Below are positions 62,901 through 64,000 of a stretch of DNA of 64,000 bases, in pieces. Source of the DNA: Eledone cirrhosa (Eukaryota); NCBI GenBank assembly GCA_964016885.1, contig OZ024744.1, forward strand, positions 93,992,001-94,056,000. Reading direction: 5' to 3'. The position numbers and the translations under genes are program-made. The notes under the pieces were generated by a model. The model ran no database searches and was not told the origin of the DNA. It worked only from the letters and a program-made list of their open reading frames with translations. Every line of letters begins with the position of its first letter. Position 1 is the stretch's first letter.

Positions 62901-64000
62901 TAGTGGACAAATAACGTTTAAGTAAGCAAATCTAAACACGGATATAATTGTGAAAAAATATGATAAATCTATGTGGTCTGAGAAAGTGGATATGTTTTGC
63001 AAGATTTTGTGTACCAGTCAAATTTCAGGTTTTAAGTTAGGGGCAATGCAGTGTACGGACTACCTGTGATAAAGGAAATTAAATAGTGTGGCTACAGTGG
63101 TAGGTATATAAGTGTCAGTATGTTGGTTCAGTTCGAACATAGCAATAAGTAAGTACTAACCATTGAAAGGATACAGGCAAAAATGGCCGAAAAATCACAG
63201 CATGATAAACTGGAACCTTATGACCATAAACACATTAACTAAACCTCCTTTAAGGTGACAAATGTTGAAGAAGCATGCATTTCAGAAACATGGGGTAGCT
63301 TATGAGAGTACGCATGTAAAGAAACCTACCACTTGTCAAAAGCCAAAAAAGAAGTGTGATCCTAGGTCAGACTTGACCGATATAAATAGGAGTGATTTCG
63401 CTCAATGAACAACACTCGAGTTGTCTGATTGCTGAGATAATACAAATAAGTGTGACGAAATCTACTGAACACAACTCACTGATGTGTGGTTGGCCAGAGG
63501 TCGCCATTTCGCACTTAATTGAGGAGACAACCGGGTGCAAAAACTAATCAATCATTTGCACAGTTTAGGCATGAGTGTGAAATAGCACAATCCACATACA
63601 GTAGGCGTTAAAATTTACACCTGAGTTAAATCGCGCTTTCTTGGTTAGGAGAGTGAAATGACGCCAAAGTTCGAGGAAAAGAATTTAACTCCCCATTCCG
63701 CACTTAATTGTGGTGCAATTACACGGGAGAGACAACCGGGTGCAAAATTAAATTCAATCATCCTAAAGTTAACTAAACAAACTAAAGTTAAGTCAGAGGG
63801 ATTTAAAAATTCGCTACTCCATTTGTAGGACATGAGTAACCGATGCGTCAACTTTCGTTTAAATTGACTTTTATTTCCAGAAGTTGAAATGCTTTGCTGC
63901 GACCATAATATGAACTTTAAAAGTGGTCCAAAGGGGCTCACTGCCCTCCCTAGGGGGTTCCCTTGCAAAATTCAAGTGATAACAAATGTGTGGTGCTTTA

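Overview
AT-rich, repeat-dense animal genomic DNA, most likely an octopus (coleoid cephalopod); this is inferred from the SINE, LINE and microsatellite content, not from a database match. The window holds the middle of one large minus-strand gene. Sixteen GT-AG exons (57346 to 6780, 2020 nt) splice into one open frame encoding a GCN2/EIF2AK4-type eIF2-alpha kinase: kinase insert, C-lobe, HisRS-like domain and the start of the anticodon-binding-like region. Both gene ends lie outside the exons I could call. The kinase motifs are intact, but the HisRS-like motif-2 and motif-3 arginines are replaced (VFH, GGNYD). The introns contain a decayed Helitron, RTE, Tx1, CR1 and Dong-R4 LINE remnants, a DD37D (maT) transposon, piggyBac-, mariner- and pogo-like MITEs, tRNA-derived SINEs, several TE-derived minisatellites, long hairpins and a Penelope-type hammerhead ribozyme on the transcribed strand. 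Nearly all ORFs in the supplied track are repeat artefacts.
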